Part shown: piece after piece, positions 9,356 to 19,086 of the stretch | How positions within the stretch are numbered: the first letter of the stretch is position 1 | Layout of the letters: the number at the start of each line of letters is the position of its first letter | Assembly: GCA_035541935.1 (NCBI GenBank) | Contig: DATKMJ010000018.1 | Coordinates: 59,043 to 123,042, forward strand | Source: Candidatus Binatia bacterium | GTDB lineage: Bacteria > Vulcanimicrobiota > Vulcanimicrobiia > Vulcanimicrobiales > Vulcanimicrobiaceae | Reading direction: 5' to 3' | DNA length: 64,000 nt | Notes under the pieces: model-generated | What the model saw: the letters and a program-made list of their open reading frames with translations, nothing else | Told to the model about the DNA's origin: nothing | The model's database searches: none | Program-made: the position numbers and the translations under genes

Positions 9356-12010
9356 CTACTTCGGGGCCGGGCCGGTGACGACGCGCACGAACGCATCCGG
9401 GCGGATGTAGCGCGCCAGCGCGTCTTGGACGCCGGCGGCGGTCGCCGAGAGTTCCGCTTGCGCGTCGAGCACGTTCTGGTTGAGCGGAAGCCCCAGCTCG
9501 GAGTAATCGAGCAGCTGTCCCGTCACGCCGTCGTAACTCGATTCGCGAATCGGCACCTCGCCCATCAACTGCGCCTTCGATCGCAAAAGGCGATCCGCGG
9601 CGATCGGTTCGCGCTGTATCTGCGCGAGCACCGCGCGTACCTGCGCCTGCGCGGGCAGCACGTTTTTCGGATCGCAGCCATAATCTATGCTGAACGTGCC
9701 ACGCACTCGCCCGGCAGAAACGCTGCTGTCTACGTCGTAGGCGTAGCCGTGCACTTCGCGCAGGTCGTGATAGAGCAGCGACGAGTAGAAACCGCCGGTG
9801 AGGACCGCATTCGCGAGTTGCAACGGCGCCCACGCCGGATCCGAGCGGACGAGCGCGAGCGTCTCGACGAGCTTCACCGAGGACTGGACGCGCCCGGTCG
9901 CCGGCACGTCGAGTTGCGCCGGCGCGTTCTGCGGGACGGGCGGAGGTTCGACGTTCGGCGTCGGCCCCTGCGCGATCCAACCTCCAAAATACTTTTCGAA
10001 GATTGCCTGCGCCGCTTGCGGCGTGGTGTCGCCGATTACGACGATCGTCGTGAGATCGGGACGGTACGCACTCGCGTACCAATTCTTCACATCGTCGAGC
10101 GTGAGGGCGCTCACGCTCGCGGGCGTCGCGAAGCGCTGCTCCGGATCGCCCGCGGGATAGAGCGCTTTGTCGAGCGCGACCTGCGCGAGATGCTCGGGGG
10201 TGCTCATCGCCCCGGCGAGCTCGCCGGAAGTCTGCCCGCGCACGATCGCAAAGTCGGCAGCGCGCAGCGCCGGATGGAGCTCCTCGTCGGCGAGCAGCTG
10301 GACCCCGCGCTCGAACTGCGAGGAGAGTACGTCGAGCCCGAAATCCGTGCCGGCATCGGTGCTCGCCGCGATCTTGTCGAGCTCCGCCTGAAACGCGACC
10401 CGGTCGAGCGTCGTCGTTCCGTAGGGCAGCAGGGCGGCGGTCACCGAAGCGACGCCCTCTTTGCCCGGAGCCTCTTGCACCGCCGGATTATTGAGAATCT
10501 CGCCGTCGACCACGACCGTGTGCGAGATCTGCTCCGGCTGCACGATCAGCCGAATTCCGTTGGAGAGCCGCATGTCGGCCGGCGCCAGCGTCTGCTCCGG
10601 CACCCGCAGATGATCGAGCACGTGCTGGGCCCACGCCGGAAGCGGCTCGTGCGTCGTCGGAGGAACCTCGTTGTTCTCTTTCGCCAAACCGGCCGACGCG
10701 CCGACCGATCCCGCGTTCTTCGGCACCGCGTACGCGACGACCGCGCGCGTGTTGTCGAGATACGTTCGCAAGACGCGATTGACGTCGGCGACGGTCACGC
10801 GGTTAAACTCCGCAATCGCGGCGTCGGGCGACGTCCGGCCCTCGACTGCGACCGCATCGCTCCACTCGTCGGCGAGCCCTTCGATCGAATTCGCGCCGAA
10901 CTCGAGCCCCGCGATCTCGCGGAGCTTCGAAGCCTCGACGAGATCGGGCGGCACGCCGCTCTGCTTGTAGCCGTCGACGATCGCGCGCATCTCGCGATCG
11001 ATCGTCTGCGGCGGCGTCGTCACCGGCACGGCGCCGAAGGCGATCGCGATGCCGACCTTCGGGAACGTCTGCGTCTGGAACTCGGTGCCCAGCGCCTTTC
11101 CGGTATACGGCAGGCTCCCGAACGCGCTGCGCGGGCTCGAGAGCACGTCGCCGAGGATCTGCCCTGCGGCGTAATCCCGGCTGGCATACCCTGGGAAGCG
11201 ATAACCGATCAGGACACCGGTGAACGACTGGTCGGATGTGTCGTGATAGATCGCGCCCCGCAGCGGCCGCAGCCGCACCGGTTCGCGCGGCGGCAGCGTT
11301 CCGGCCGGAACGTCGCCGAAGATCTCGCGTACCTTCGCGATCGTCGCCTGCGGATCGACGTCCCCGGTGATGATGTAGATCGCGTTATTCGGTTTGTACC
11401 ACCGACCGTAAAACTTGCGAAGCTCGGCGGCGTTGACTTGCTTGGCAAAGCCTTCGACCGTTCCGAGGCCGTTCTTCGCGTACGGAGTGCCGCCGAGCAG
11501 ACGGCCGAGCATCTTGACGAATAAGCGGTAGAACGCGTTGCTGTTGTCCTGCTGCACCTCTTGCGTGATCGCGCCGCGCTCTTGCTCCCAGAGCTTCTGC
11601 GAGAGCAGCAGACCGGTCGCGCGCGACCGTTCCGCGCGAAGAGCGATGTCGAGATAGTCCGACGGCACGGTGAAGAAATACCGGGTTACCGTGCTCTGCG
11701 TATCGGCGTTGAAATCGCCGCCGGTAACGCCGATCGAATCCATCAGCTGCGCCGACGAGAGCGTCGAGCTTCCGCGAAACATCATGTGCTCGGTCGCGTG
11801 TGCCAACCCGGGGATCCACTGCTCGTCGGAGCCGACCTGATAGTCGAGCATCGCCGTAGCGACCGGCGCGAGCGGGTCGCGCACGACGATCACGCGCAGG
11901 CCGTTTGCCAGCGTCGCGCGAGCGACGTCCGGCGCGGCGCGCGCGACGGCGGGCTGGAGGCCGAAGAGGAGCGTGGCGGCGAGCGCGGCCGCGAAGCCGT
12001 GTTTGGACAT
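9356..12010 (-). CDS. secreted M16 (pitrilysin/insulinase) family zinc peptidase, duplicated two-unit form
   Basis: Start moved to MSKHGFAAALAATLLFGL. HATEH (HxxEH) zinc motif. The length fits two M16 active/inactive domain pairs. Confidence 0.88.
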   Translation of the reverse strand: MSKHGFAAALAATLLFGLQPAVARAAPDVARATLANGLRVIVVRDPLAPVATAMLDYQVGSDEQWIPGLAHATEHMMFRGSSTLSSAQLMDSIGVTGGDFNADTQSTVTRYFFTVPSDYLDIALRAERSRATGLLLSQKLWEQERGAITQEVQQDNSNAFYRLFVKMLGRLLGGTPYAKNGLGTVEGFAKQVNAAELRKFYGRWYKPNNAIYIITGDVDPQATIAKVREIFGDVPAGTLPPREPVRLRPLRGAIYHDTSDQSFTGVLIGYRFPGYASRDYAAGQILGDVLSSPRSAFGSLPYTGKALGTEFQTQTFPKVGIAIAFGAVPVTTPPQTIDREMRAIVDGYKQSGVPPDLVEASKLREIAGLEFGANSIEGLADEWSDAVAVEGRTSPDAAIAEFNRVTVADVNRVLRTYLDNTRAVVAYAVPKNAGSVGASAGLAKENNEVPPTTHEPLPAWAQHVLDHLRVPEQTLAPADMRLSNGIRLIVQPEQISHTVVVDGEILNNPAVQEAPGKEGVASVTAALLPYGTTTLDRVAFQAELDKIAASTDAGTDFGLDVLSSQFERGVQLLADEELHPALRAADFAIVRGQTSGELAGAMSTPEHLAQVALDKALYPAGDPEQRFATPASVSALTLDDVKNWYASAYRPDLTTIVVIGDTTPQAAQAIFEKYFGGWIAQGPTPNVEPPPVPQNAPAQLDVPATGRVQSSVKLVETLALVRSDPAWAPLQLANAVLTGGFYSSLLYHDLREVHGYAYDVDSSVSAGRVRGTFSIDYGCDPKNVLPAQAQVRAVLAQIQREPIAADRLLRSKAQLMGEVPIRESSYDGVTGQLLDYSELGLPLNQNVLDAQAELSATAAGVQDALARYIRPDAFVRVVTGPAPK

Positions 12011-12044
12011 GCGAGCCGCTATTCGTGCCGCCGGGGCGTAACCC

Positions 12045-14090
12045 TCACGACGAGAGGAGCAGCGCCCGCGTGCTCGGCTGCGCCGCGAGCGTCGCGCGCA
12101 GCCCCGCGTGCTCCGGCCGCTCGAGCTGCGGGTCGGAGGCGAGCACGTCGACGGCGGCGAGTTTTGCGGCCCGATAGATCTCGACGTCGCGAAAGAGATC
12201 GCCGAAGCGCAAGTCGGCCGCGCCGGATTGCGCCGTACCCGCGAGATGGCCCGGGCCACGGAGCCGCAGATCTTCATCGGCGATCTCGAAGCCGTCGGTC
12301 GTCCGCGTCAGCACTTCGAGGCGCTCGGCCTCGCCGGCGTCGTCGGGATAGACGAGGATGCAGTACGACTTCGCCGCGCCGCGGCCGACGCGGCCGCGAA
12401 GCTGGTGCAGCTGCGCGAGACCGTAGCGGTGCGCGTCGAGGACGACCATCACCGTGGCGTTAGCGACGTCGACGCCGACTTCGATCACCGTCGTCGACAC
12501 GAGCACGTCGAGTTCGCCGCGCACGAACCGCGACATGATCTGCTCCTTCTCGCGCGGCGCCAGGCGGCCGTGGAGCAATCCGACGCGAAGATCGGGAAAG
12601 ACCTCGCTCGTCAGGCGTTCGGCTTCGACGACGACGCTCGTTGCGGTTCCCTCGCCCTCCTCGATCGCCGGCGCGACGATGTACGCCTGTTGTCCGGCGG
12701 CAACGATCTTGCGCACGAATTGGTAGACGCGGTCCAACCGGCCGGCGCGCACGGCAAAGGTCTCGATCGGCGTGCGCCCGGGCGGAAGCTCGTCGATGAC
12801 CGAGAGATCGAGGTCGGCGTAAACCGATTGCGCGAGCGTGCGCGGAATCGGCGTGGCGGTCATGTGCAGCGTATGCGGCGACGCGCCCTTCGCGCGCAGC
12901 TTCGCGCGCTGCTCGACGCCGAAACGATGCTGCTCGTCGATGATCGTGAGCCCGAGCCGATCGAAATCAACGCCCTGTGTCAAGAGCGCGTGGGTACCGA
13001 CCGCGAGCGCCGCCTCGCCCCCGGCGAGCCGCGCGATGGCCGCGTTGCGCGAGCTCGCACTCTGACTTCCGAAGACCGCTTCGACTCCGATTCCGAACGG
13101 CAGCAAGAGCGGCGCGAGTTTTCCGGCGTGCTGCCAGGCGAGCAGCTCGGTCGGCGCCATGAGCGCCGCCTGCATGCCGTTGTTTGCGGCGAGCACGACG
13201 GCCGCGGCGGCGACGAGCGTCTTTCCGCTGCCGACGTCGCCCTGCAAGAGCCGGTTCATCGGCACGTCGCGGCTCATGTCGTTCCAAATCTCGAGAATCG
13301 CGCGCCGCTGCGCTCCGGTTGGCTCGAAATCGAGCGCGGCCTCGAAGCGCTCGAGCAGATCGGGAGGCACGCGCAGCGCGGTTGCGTCGTGATCGCTCTC
13401 GCGCGCGCTGCGACGCAACTGCGCCGCCGCCGCGAGCGCGAAGAACTCCGAGAATACGAAGCGCTCGCGCGCGCTTTCGGCCTCTTCCGGCGAACGCGGC
13501 GCGTGCACCGCGCGGTAGGCCGCGTCGAGCGGCGGATAGCCGCGCTGCGCCGCGAGCGACGGCGGCAGCGGGTCGTCCGGTACGTACTCGAGCAAGCGAT
13601 CGAGGTTCTTCTTCACCACCGTCGCGATCTTGCGGCTTGCAAGTTCCTTGCTCGCGCGATAGATCGGCACGAGCTCTCCGCGATAGACCTCGCCATCGCC
13701 AAGTTGCGCGTAGTGCGCGACGTTGACGGAAGCTCCCGAGAAGCTTCGCTCGACGCGCCCGCGCACGAAGAGCCGCATCCCCTCGCGGAAACGCCCGAAG
13801 ACATAACGGTTTCGCCCGATCCACTTTGCAAGGAACGTATCGCCGGCGTCGTCGCAGAGCGTCACCTCGACGATCTCCAGGCCGCGCACGCGACGCTCTT
13901 TGATCGCGACGACGCGACCGACCGCGTTCTCCTCTCCGCCGCTCTCGCCGAGACGCGCCGCGGGCGTCGGAAAGCGGAGGTCGTCGTAGCGGAAAGGCAG
14001 ATATTCGAGGAGCGCCTGCGGATCGCCGATGCCGAGCGCTTCGAAGAGCGGCGCGGTCTTCGCGCCGACGCCGGCGAGGTCGCCGATCAT
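12045..14090 (-). CDS. recG: ATP-dependent DNA helicase RecG
   Basis: 681 aa with Walker A GDVGSGKT, DEQHRFGV, and helicase C-terminal motifs. Confidence 0.93.
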   Translation of the reverse strand: MIGDLAGVGAKTAPLFEALGIGDPQALLEYLPFRYDDLRFPTPAARLGESGGEENAVGRVVAIKERRVRGLEIVEVTLCDDAGDTFLAKWIGRNRYVFGRFREGMRLFVRGRVERSFSGASVNVAHYAQLGDGEVYRGELVPIYRASKELASRKIATVVKKNLDRLLEYVPDDPLPPSLAAQRGYPPLDAAYRAVHAPRSPEEAESARERFVFSEFFALAAAAQLRRSARESDHDATALRVPPDLLERFEAALDFEPTGAQRRAILEIWNDMSRDVPMNRLLQGDVGSGKTLVAAAAVVLAANNGMQAALMAPTELLAWQHAGKLAPLLLPFGIGVEAVFGSQSASSRNAAIARLAGGEAALAVGTHALLTQGVDFDRLGLTIIDEQHRFGVEQRAKLRAKGASPHTLHMTATPIPRTLAQSVYADLDLSVIDELPPGRTPIETFAVRAGRLDRVYQFVRKIVAAGQQAYIVAPAIEEGEGTATSVVVEAERLTSEVFPDLRVGLLHGRLAPREKEQIMSRFVRGELDVLVSTTVIEVGVDVANATVMVVLDAHRYGLAQLHQLRGRVGRGAAKSYCILVYPDDAGEAERLEVLTRTTDGFEIADEDLRLRGPGHLAGTAQSGAADLRFGDLFRDVEIYRAAKLAAVDVLASDPQLERPEHAGLRATLAAQPSTRALLLSS

Positions 14091-15031
14091 CCGGACGCCT
14101 CGGCGCGTTGCAAGGCGGCGTACGCGGCGCGAACTTCGGGCGTAGCGACGCCGTAGCGCGCGCCTAGTTCGCAGACCGCGCCGAGAATTGGATCCGCTTC
14201 GAGCGCGCGCCCGCGCTCGAAGTCTTGCAGCATCGAGGTCTTCACGTCGTCGAGCCGCGCGGCGTACGCGATGCGCGCATCCACGTCAACCTCGCCGACG
14301 ACGCCCATCGCCTGCCCGACTCGAAGCGCTTCATCCATGAGGCGCCGCACGTGCGCGCGCGCCTGGGGGTCGGAGAGCATCGCGGCGATCGTCGCCTTGC
14401 GCAGCACGCTGACGGCGTTGAGGCCGACGTTGTTAACGAGCTTGAGCCAGACCGTGCGCCGGATGTCCGGGTCCGCTTCCGCCGCAAGCGAGGCGCGTTG
14501 CAACAGCTGCACGAGCTCCGCGGCGCGCCCGTCGCAGCCGCCGCCGGGATTGCCGAACGCGTAGCGCAAGCCGCCGCTCTGACGCACGCGTCCGGGTGCG
14601 ACGACCGTTCCCGAGACGTGCACGACGCAGCCGACGACCTGCGCGTCGGCAAAGAGCCGTCCGATCTCGCCGCCGGGATCGACGCTGGACAGAGGCGGCT
14701 CGCGTTCGTACCAAAACGGAACGCCGTTCTGCATCGTGACCACAACGGTCGCCGAGCCGGCATACGGCGCGAGCGCCGGCAAGATCTCGGGCCATTGGTG
14801 CGCCTTGAATGCGAGCAAGAGATAATCCGCGTCGCCAATATGGGATGCGTCGCGGAGGTCGGCGGCAACGGAGAACGTTCCGAGATCGCTCTCGACGTGC
14901 AGTCCGCCGCTCGCAATCGCCGCTGCGTGCTCGCCGCGCGCGACGACCACCGTGGGCACGCCGGCCTTCGTGAGCGCGGCTGCGAGGAAGCCGCCGATCG
15001 CGCCGGCGCCGACGACGGCGACGCGCGTCAT
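14087..15031 (-). CDS. panE: 2-dehydropantoate 2-reductase
   Basis: N-terminal VVGAGAIGG Rossmann motif and ApbA/PanE-like length. 4-nt overlap with recG. Confidence 0.82.
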   Translation of the reverse strand: MTRVAVVGAGAIGGFLAAALTKAGVPTVVVARGEHAAAIASGGLHVESDLGTFSVAADLRDASHIGDADYLLLAFKAHQWPEILPALAPYAGSATVVVTMQNGVPFWYEREPPLSSVDPGGEIGRLFADAQVVGCVVHVSGTVVAPGRVRQSGGLRYAFGNPGGGCDGRAAELVQLLQRASLAAEADPDIRRTVWLKLVNNVGLNAVSVLRKATIAAMLSDPQARAHVRRLMDEALRVGQAMGVVGEVDVDARIAYAARLDDVKTSMLQDFERGRALEADPILGAVCELGARYGVATPEVRAAYAALQRAEASG

Positions 15032-15041
15032 CGGAGAGAGA

Positions 15042-15116
15042 TGGAGGCGACGGGCAGATTCGAACTGCCGAATGGGGCTTTTGCAGAGCCCTGCCTTACC
15101 ACTTGGCTACGTCGCC
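15042..15116 (-). tRNA. tRNA-Cys (GCA)
   Basis: Hand-folded cloverleaf. Anticodon arm GGGCT-CTGCAAA-AGCCC, T-arm GGCAG-TTCGAAT-CTGCC, encoded CCA. Confidence 0.9.
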
Positions 15117-15136
15117 GCACGGACGGTTGGCGGAGT

Positions 15137-15210
15137 TGGAGCGGGTAGTGGGAATCGAACCCACGCATCAACCTTGGGAAGGTCGCAGGCTGCCATTACA
15201 TCATACCCGC
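15137..15210 (-). tRNA. tRNA-Gly (CCC)
   Basis: Acceptor GCGGGTA/TACCCGC, anticodon arm CGACC-TTCCCAA-GGTTG, T-arm GTGGG-TTCGATT-CCCAC, encoded CCA. The D-stem pairs poorly when folded by hand. Confidence 0.8.
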
Positions 15211-15295
15211 ACCGCAGCGACCCTTCCGGTTCTATCACCCCCATACCCCGTCCTACAACCCCGAATCCGCCGTTCGAGTTGAGCAAGCGTGCGAG

Positions 15296-15988
15296 CTATG
15301 AGATCAGGCTGATCGCGTGCGCCAAGACGATCGCGATCGTGATGAGCGAGATGAGCGCCTCCGCGCCCATGAGCGCCTTCGCCCAGCGGCTGAGCGGCAT
15401 GACGTCGGCCGGGCTGAACGCCGTCGCGGTCGTGAACGCAAGGTAGAGATAATCGAGGAACTGCGGCTTCCAGAACGGGTCGATGCAGACGGTCTCTTTT
15501 CCGCCCTGGAGCAGCATGGACATCTGCGGAAAAAGGAAGTCGGCGTTGCAGAATTCGGTCGCCGCGTTGGCGTGTGCCCGCGCGTCGGGTCCGTCCCCGT
15601 CGAGCTCCCAGAACCAGAGCGCGAAGACGAGGATGTTCGTGAACCAAATTTGCGCGCCGATTCGCAGCAAGACGCCGGGCTCGTGCACGGCGGCCTTCGA
15701 TGGATGAAAGAGCGACGCAACGAGCAGCAGCACCGATGCGAGATTGAAGAAGTTCACGATCGCGATCAGTAAGATGCTCCAGAACCGGGTGCGCCGGCTT
15801 TCGCGATGCCGCCGCGGAGCGAGAATCGAGAGCGGCACGAGCAGCAGCAAGACCATCGTCGGCGCGGCCCAGACCGGTCCGATCGTCAGCCGCGGCGGAA
15901 GCGTGACGTAGAGCGCCATCGCGGCCAAAACGGCCAGCGATGCGTGCCATCGCGGCTCGTGGCGCGGCATCGCCGCCTGCCCTTGCAT
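15296..15988 (-). CDS. DUF1345-like integral membrane protein
   Basis: Start moved to MQGQAAMPRHEPRW. Several TM helices; the tail FLDYLYLAFTTATAFSPADVMP resembles DUF1345. Confidence 0.6.
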   Translation of the reverse strand: MQGQAAMPRHEPRWHASLAVLAAMALYVTLPPRLTIGPVWAAPTMVLLLLVPLSILAPRRHRESRRTRFWSILLIAIVNFFNLASVLLLVASLFHPSKAAVHEPGVLLRIGAQIWFTNILVFALWFWELDGDGPDARAHANAATEFCNADFLFPQMSMLLQGGKETVCIDPFWKPQFLDYLYLAFTTATAFSPADVMPLSRWAKALMGAEALISLITIAIVLAHAISLIS

Positions 15989-16042
15989 CACGCCCACCGT
16001 TCGCTGACTCGCCCGCGCAACCCGCTGCAATGCAAGCGCCTT

Positions 16043-16411
16043 ATGAGTGGCATGCCGACTGATTTTCGTGATGGTAAGACTTTTCCACGCCGCGGCCGCG
16101 AGGCGATCGGCGAAGCGCTCTGGCTGCTGCGGGCCTCCGATAAGGGTCGCGCGTCGGCCGCCGGTACGATCTACGACTACGTCTATCCCTGTCCGATGGA
16201 CCGGGGCATGCTGGAACGCTGGGGCGTGACGCCGGCCGAGTTCGACGACGCGCTGCGCGCGAACCCAACCGACGAGTCGCTCTACGCTTGGTTCCAAGAG
16301 CGCGTACGCCCCGAGGACGTGCGTAAAGCAAACGCGTGGCTCTTGAAGGACCGCGTCGAGAATCTCGATCGCCAGGATTCCGAGGAGCGCCCGGTCGCGG
16401 GGAGCGTCTGA
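16043..16411 (+). CDS. DUF5069-like protein
   Basis: Start moved to MSGMPTDFRDGKTFPRR. YDYVYPCPMDRGMLERWGV fits the DUF5069 pattern. The stop overlaps the next start (TGATG). Confidence 0.55.
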   Translation: MSGMPTDFRDGKTFPRRGREAIGEALWLLRASDKGRASAAGTIYDYVYPCPMDRGMLERWGVTPAEFDDALRANPTDESLYAWFQERVRPEDVRKANAWLLKDRVENLDRQDSEERPVAGSV

Positions 16412-17097
16412 TGGGTTCGTCCGTCGAGTACCGGCGGCCCGACGGGAAGACCGCGCCCGGTTATCTGGCGAGCTCGCCGAAGCCGGGTTCGCCGGGTGTC
16501 GTGATGATCGAGGAGTGGTGGGGCCTCGACGAGCGCATCAAGGAGACCGCGGATCGGCTCGCGTCGCACGGCTTTTCGGTTCTCGTCCCGGATCTCTATC
16601 GCGGGCGCAGCGCGGCAACGGGTGACGAGGCCAACCACCTCATGGAAGGCCTCGACTTCGCCGACGCCGCGACGCAAGACGTCGCCGGCGCAATGAATTA
16701 TCTGCGCGAGCACGGGAGCGCGCGCGTCGGGGTCACCGGCTTCTGCATGGGTGGCGCGCTCGCGATGCTCGCGCTCATGAACGGCGTTCCGTTCGATGCG
16801 GCGAGCATTTGGTACGGCTATCCGCCCGCCGGGGCGGGGGATCCGGCCTCGATCAAGATTCCGATGCAGGGGCACTGGGCGATCGACGACGAGTTCTTCA
16901 CGATCGCCGGCGTCGACGCGATCGAAAGCGCGTTACGCGCTGCTGGTCGGGAGGTCGAGTTTCATCGCTACGACGCGAAGCACGGCTTCTATAATAAAGG
17001 CGAAGTCGGCAAGGGTGGACTCGGGCATCACCATCCCGAGCACGCCGAGACCGCCTGGCACAGAACGGTGGAGTTTTTCGATCGCACGCTGCGGTAG
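16411..17097 (+). CDS. dienelactone hydrolase family protein
   Basis: Start moved to MGSSVEYRRPDGK. Nucleophile elbow GFCMGG; alpha/beta hydrolase length. Confidence 0.85.
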   Translation: MGSSVEYRRPDGKTAPGYLASSPKPGSPGVVMIEEWWGLDERIKETADRLASHGFSVLVPDLYRGRSAATGDEANHLMEGLDFADAATQDVAGAMNYLREHGSARVGVTGFCMGGALAMLALMNGVPFDAASIWYGYPPAGAGDPASIKIPMQGHWAIDDEFFTIAGVDAIESALRAAGREVEFHRYDAKHGFYNKGEVGKGGLGHHHPEHAETAWHRTVEFFDRTLR

Positions 17098-17117
17098 CGA
17101 CGGTCGATCAAAAGATT

Positions 17118-17150
17118 GAGAGGCCTCGCCGGTTTGACGAGGCCTCTTTC
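17118..17150 (+). terminator. intrinsic terminator-like hairpin after the hydrolase gene
   Basis: GAGGCCTCG-9 nt loop-CGAGGCCTC followed by TTTC, with AAAGA on the 5' side (could act in both directions). Confidence 0.5.
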
Positions 17151-17156
17151 GATTGA

Positions 17157-17232
17157 TGGTGCCAAGGGCCAGAATCGAACTGGCGACACCGCACTTTTCA
17201 GGCGCGTGCTCTACCAACTGAGCTACCTTGGC
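17157..17232 (-). tRNA. tRNA-Phe (GAA)
   Basis: Hand-folded. Anticodon loop CTGAAAA, T-arm GCCAG-TTCGATT-CTGGC, encoded CCA. Confidence 0.92.
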
Positions 17233-17279
17233 TCGCTCGTTTGGCGAGCGCACCGCTTGCGACGGTGCGCTCGAAACGA

Positions 17280-17356
17280 TGGCGACGCTGATGGGGCTCG
17301 AACCCACGACCTTCGCCGTGACAGGGCGACGCTCTAACCAACTGAGCTACAGCGCC
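17280..17356 (-). tRNA. tRNA-Asp (GTC)
   Basis: Hand-folded. Anticodon arm TCGCC-CTGTCAC-GGCGA, T-loop TTCGAGC, encoded CCA. Confidence 0.92.
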
Positions 17357-17371
17357 AAACGCCGAATCGGG

Positions 17372-17446
17372 TGGTGGGCACGGCTGGGCTCGAACCAGCG
17401 ACCCCCCGCGTGTGAAGCGGATGCTCTCCCGCTGAGCTACGCGCCC
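17372..17446 (-). tRNA. tRNA-Val (CAC)
   Basis: Hand-folded. Anticodon arm TCCGC-TTCACAC-GCGGG, T-arm GCTGG-TTCGAGC-CCAGC, encoded CCA. Confidence 0.92.
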
Positions 17447-17513
17447 GTTCCGGTTCCGGCTCCTTGGACAAAACCGTATCTTACCCTACCCCCTGCGGGC
17501 TGTCCAGCGCGGA

Positions 17514-18821
17514 GTGCCGACGCGGGCGCTTGAACAAGCGCTGATCATGCTTCTCGCGATCGTTCTCGCCGCGGCGTCGGCGATTGCGATACATCTCCCG
17601 GTCACGACGAACTCGCCGCAAGCGCAAGCTGCGGTCGATCGCGGGCTCTTCCTTTACTATGCGTTCAACGGCGAGGCGGCCGCGAAGGCGTTCGCGCAGG
17701 CTGCCGAAGCCGATCCGCGCCTCGCGATGGCATACTGGGGAATCGCGCTCGCCGACGGACCGGATCTCAACACGCCGATCACGGAGCAACGCTTCGACGA
17801 CGGCGCTGCCGCGATCGCCAAGGCCGCGACGCTCGTCGCGACGGCGTCGCCAAGCGACCGCCGGTACGTCGAGACCATGGCGCTGCGCTATCGCGGCAGG
17901 TTCTCGGATTTTGCCGCCGACGACGCCGCCTATCGAAGCGCGATGCTCGAGTTCGCGCGATCGTCGAACGACGAGAACGCGGAGCTCCTGGCGGCGGAGG
18001 CGCTGCTGGAGTTCGGCGGCCCGCGGTGGCTCAACGGTGCGCCGGCGAGCGACGATTCCCGCACCGCGCTCGAGCTCGTGACAGCCGTCCTGCGCGACGA
18101 CCGAGGCAACGTCATGGCCAACCATCTCTGCATCCACATCTACGATCTCGCGCCGGACCGCGCGCCCGCCCGGCCGTGCGCGCAGCGACTCGACGCCGAT
18201 GCCTTCCCGCCCGAGGCGGAGCATCTCGCGCACATGCCGGCGCACTACTGGATCGAGACGGGCGACTATGCTGCGGCATTGGCGTCGAGCGAGCGCGCGT
18301 ACGAGCTGATCGTCGCGGACGGCGGCAAGCCCGAGCGGTATCTGCAGCACGACGTCTCGGTCGGCTACGCGGCTGCAATGATGCTTGGCGACTACGGGGT
18401 GGCGCAACTCTGGGCCGGCCGCATGACGGCTGTGTCCGGCAGCGACTTCGGACCGATCACGGCGCTGCGGTTCGGACGGTACGACCAGGCCTATGCCGCG
18501 GCAACGGACGCGTTCGCTTCGGCGAGCGTTCGCGGCATCGCCGCGCTGCATTTGGGGAAGATCGCCGAAGCGAGAGCGCTCGCCGCGCAGTTGCCGCCGG
18601 GAGGGAACGGCTACATGGAGCCACTCTTTCGGGCGCAACTCGCCGAGAGCGAGGGAAAGTACGACGACGCCGAACGCTGGATAGAGGTGGCGCGAGCGAG
18701 ACAGCGCGCACAGTTCGAGGGCGAGAACATTCCGCTCTTCCCGGCGGACGAGGCGCTGCGCGACCTGCGACAATGCGAAGGGACGCCGGCACAAACGTGC
18801 GCGACGCCCTTCTTCGAGTGA
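17514..18821 (+). CDS. membrane-anchored TPR-like repeat protein
   Basis: 435 aa with an N-terminal TM segment (IMLLAIVLAAASAIAI). The rest is Ala-rich helical repeats (AAAKAFAQAAEADPRLAMAYWGIAL). Confidence 0.6.
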   Translation: MPTRALEQALIMLLAIVLAAASAIAIHLPVTTNSPQAQAAVDRGLFLYYAFNGEAAAKAFAQAAEADPRLAMAYWGIALADGPDLNTPITEQRFDDGAAAIAKAATLVATASPSDRRYVETMALRYRGRFSDFAADDAAYRSAMLEFARSSNDENAELLAAEALLEFGGPRWLNGAPASDDSRTALELVTAVLRDDRGNVMANHLCIHIYDLAPDRAPARPCAQRLDADAFPPEAEHLAHMPAHYWIETGDYAAALASSERAYELIVADGGKPERYLQHDVSVGYAAAMMLGDYGVAQLWAGRMTAVSGSDFGPITALRFGRYDQAYAAATDAFASASVRGIAALHLGKIAEARALAAQLPPGGNGYMEPLFRAQLAESEGKYDDAERWIEVARARQRAQFEGENIPLFPADEALRDLRQCEGTPAQTCATPFFE

Positions 18822-19019
18822 TTACGCGGCTTCGCCGTCCCGTAAGCTGCGCGCCAACGCAGCCAGCACATCGCTCATCGCCTGCGCTCCATCGGCGATG
18901 CGGATGCGAGCCCCGCTACTTCGTCCGCTCGCAGCGAGGCGCGTCAGCCGGCTGGAGCGGGCGTTTTCTAGGGCGTCGTCACGGCGAATCCGAATTTCGG
19001 TCTGAAGCCAAAGCTCCAT
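18822..19019 (-). CDS. small hypothetical protein (65 aa)
   Basis: Internal ATG at 19019 is preceded by GGGAGG 5 nt upstream. It sits just downstream of a terminator hairpin. No recognisable domain. Confidence 0.35.
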   Translation of the reverse strand: MELWLQTEIRIRRDDALENARSSRLTRLAASGRSSGARIRIADGAQAMSDVLAALARSLRDGEAA

Positions 19020-19049
19020 GATTCGCCTCCCTTGCAAAACGTGCGGTAG

Positions 19050-19086
19050 AGAAATGAAAAGGCCCCCGGTCGATCGCGGAGGCCTT
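19050..19086 (-). terminator. intrinsic terminator at the end of a leader/sRNA
   Basis: Minus strand reads AAGGCCUCCG-loop-CGGGGGCCUU followed by UUUCAUUUCU. Confidence 0.5.

Noticed and set aside
9059-11524. 821-aa plus-strand ORF
   Set aside because: It is antisense to the M16 peptidase, which carries the HxxEH motif. A long open antisense frame is expected from GC3 bias.
12108-14156. 682-aa plus-strand ORF
   Set aside because: It is antisense to recG, which has helicase motifs. It is Arg-rich with no recognisable domain.
18026-19021. 331-aa plus-strand ORF that overlaps the TPR gene in another frame and runs into the intergenic region
   Set aside because: It is Arg/Ala-rich and off-frame. 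It would run through the convergent small ORF. Nothing supports it.
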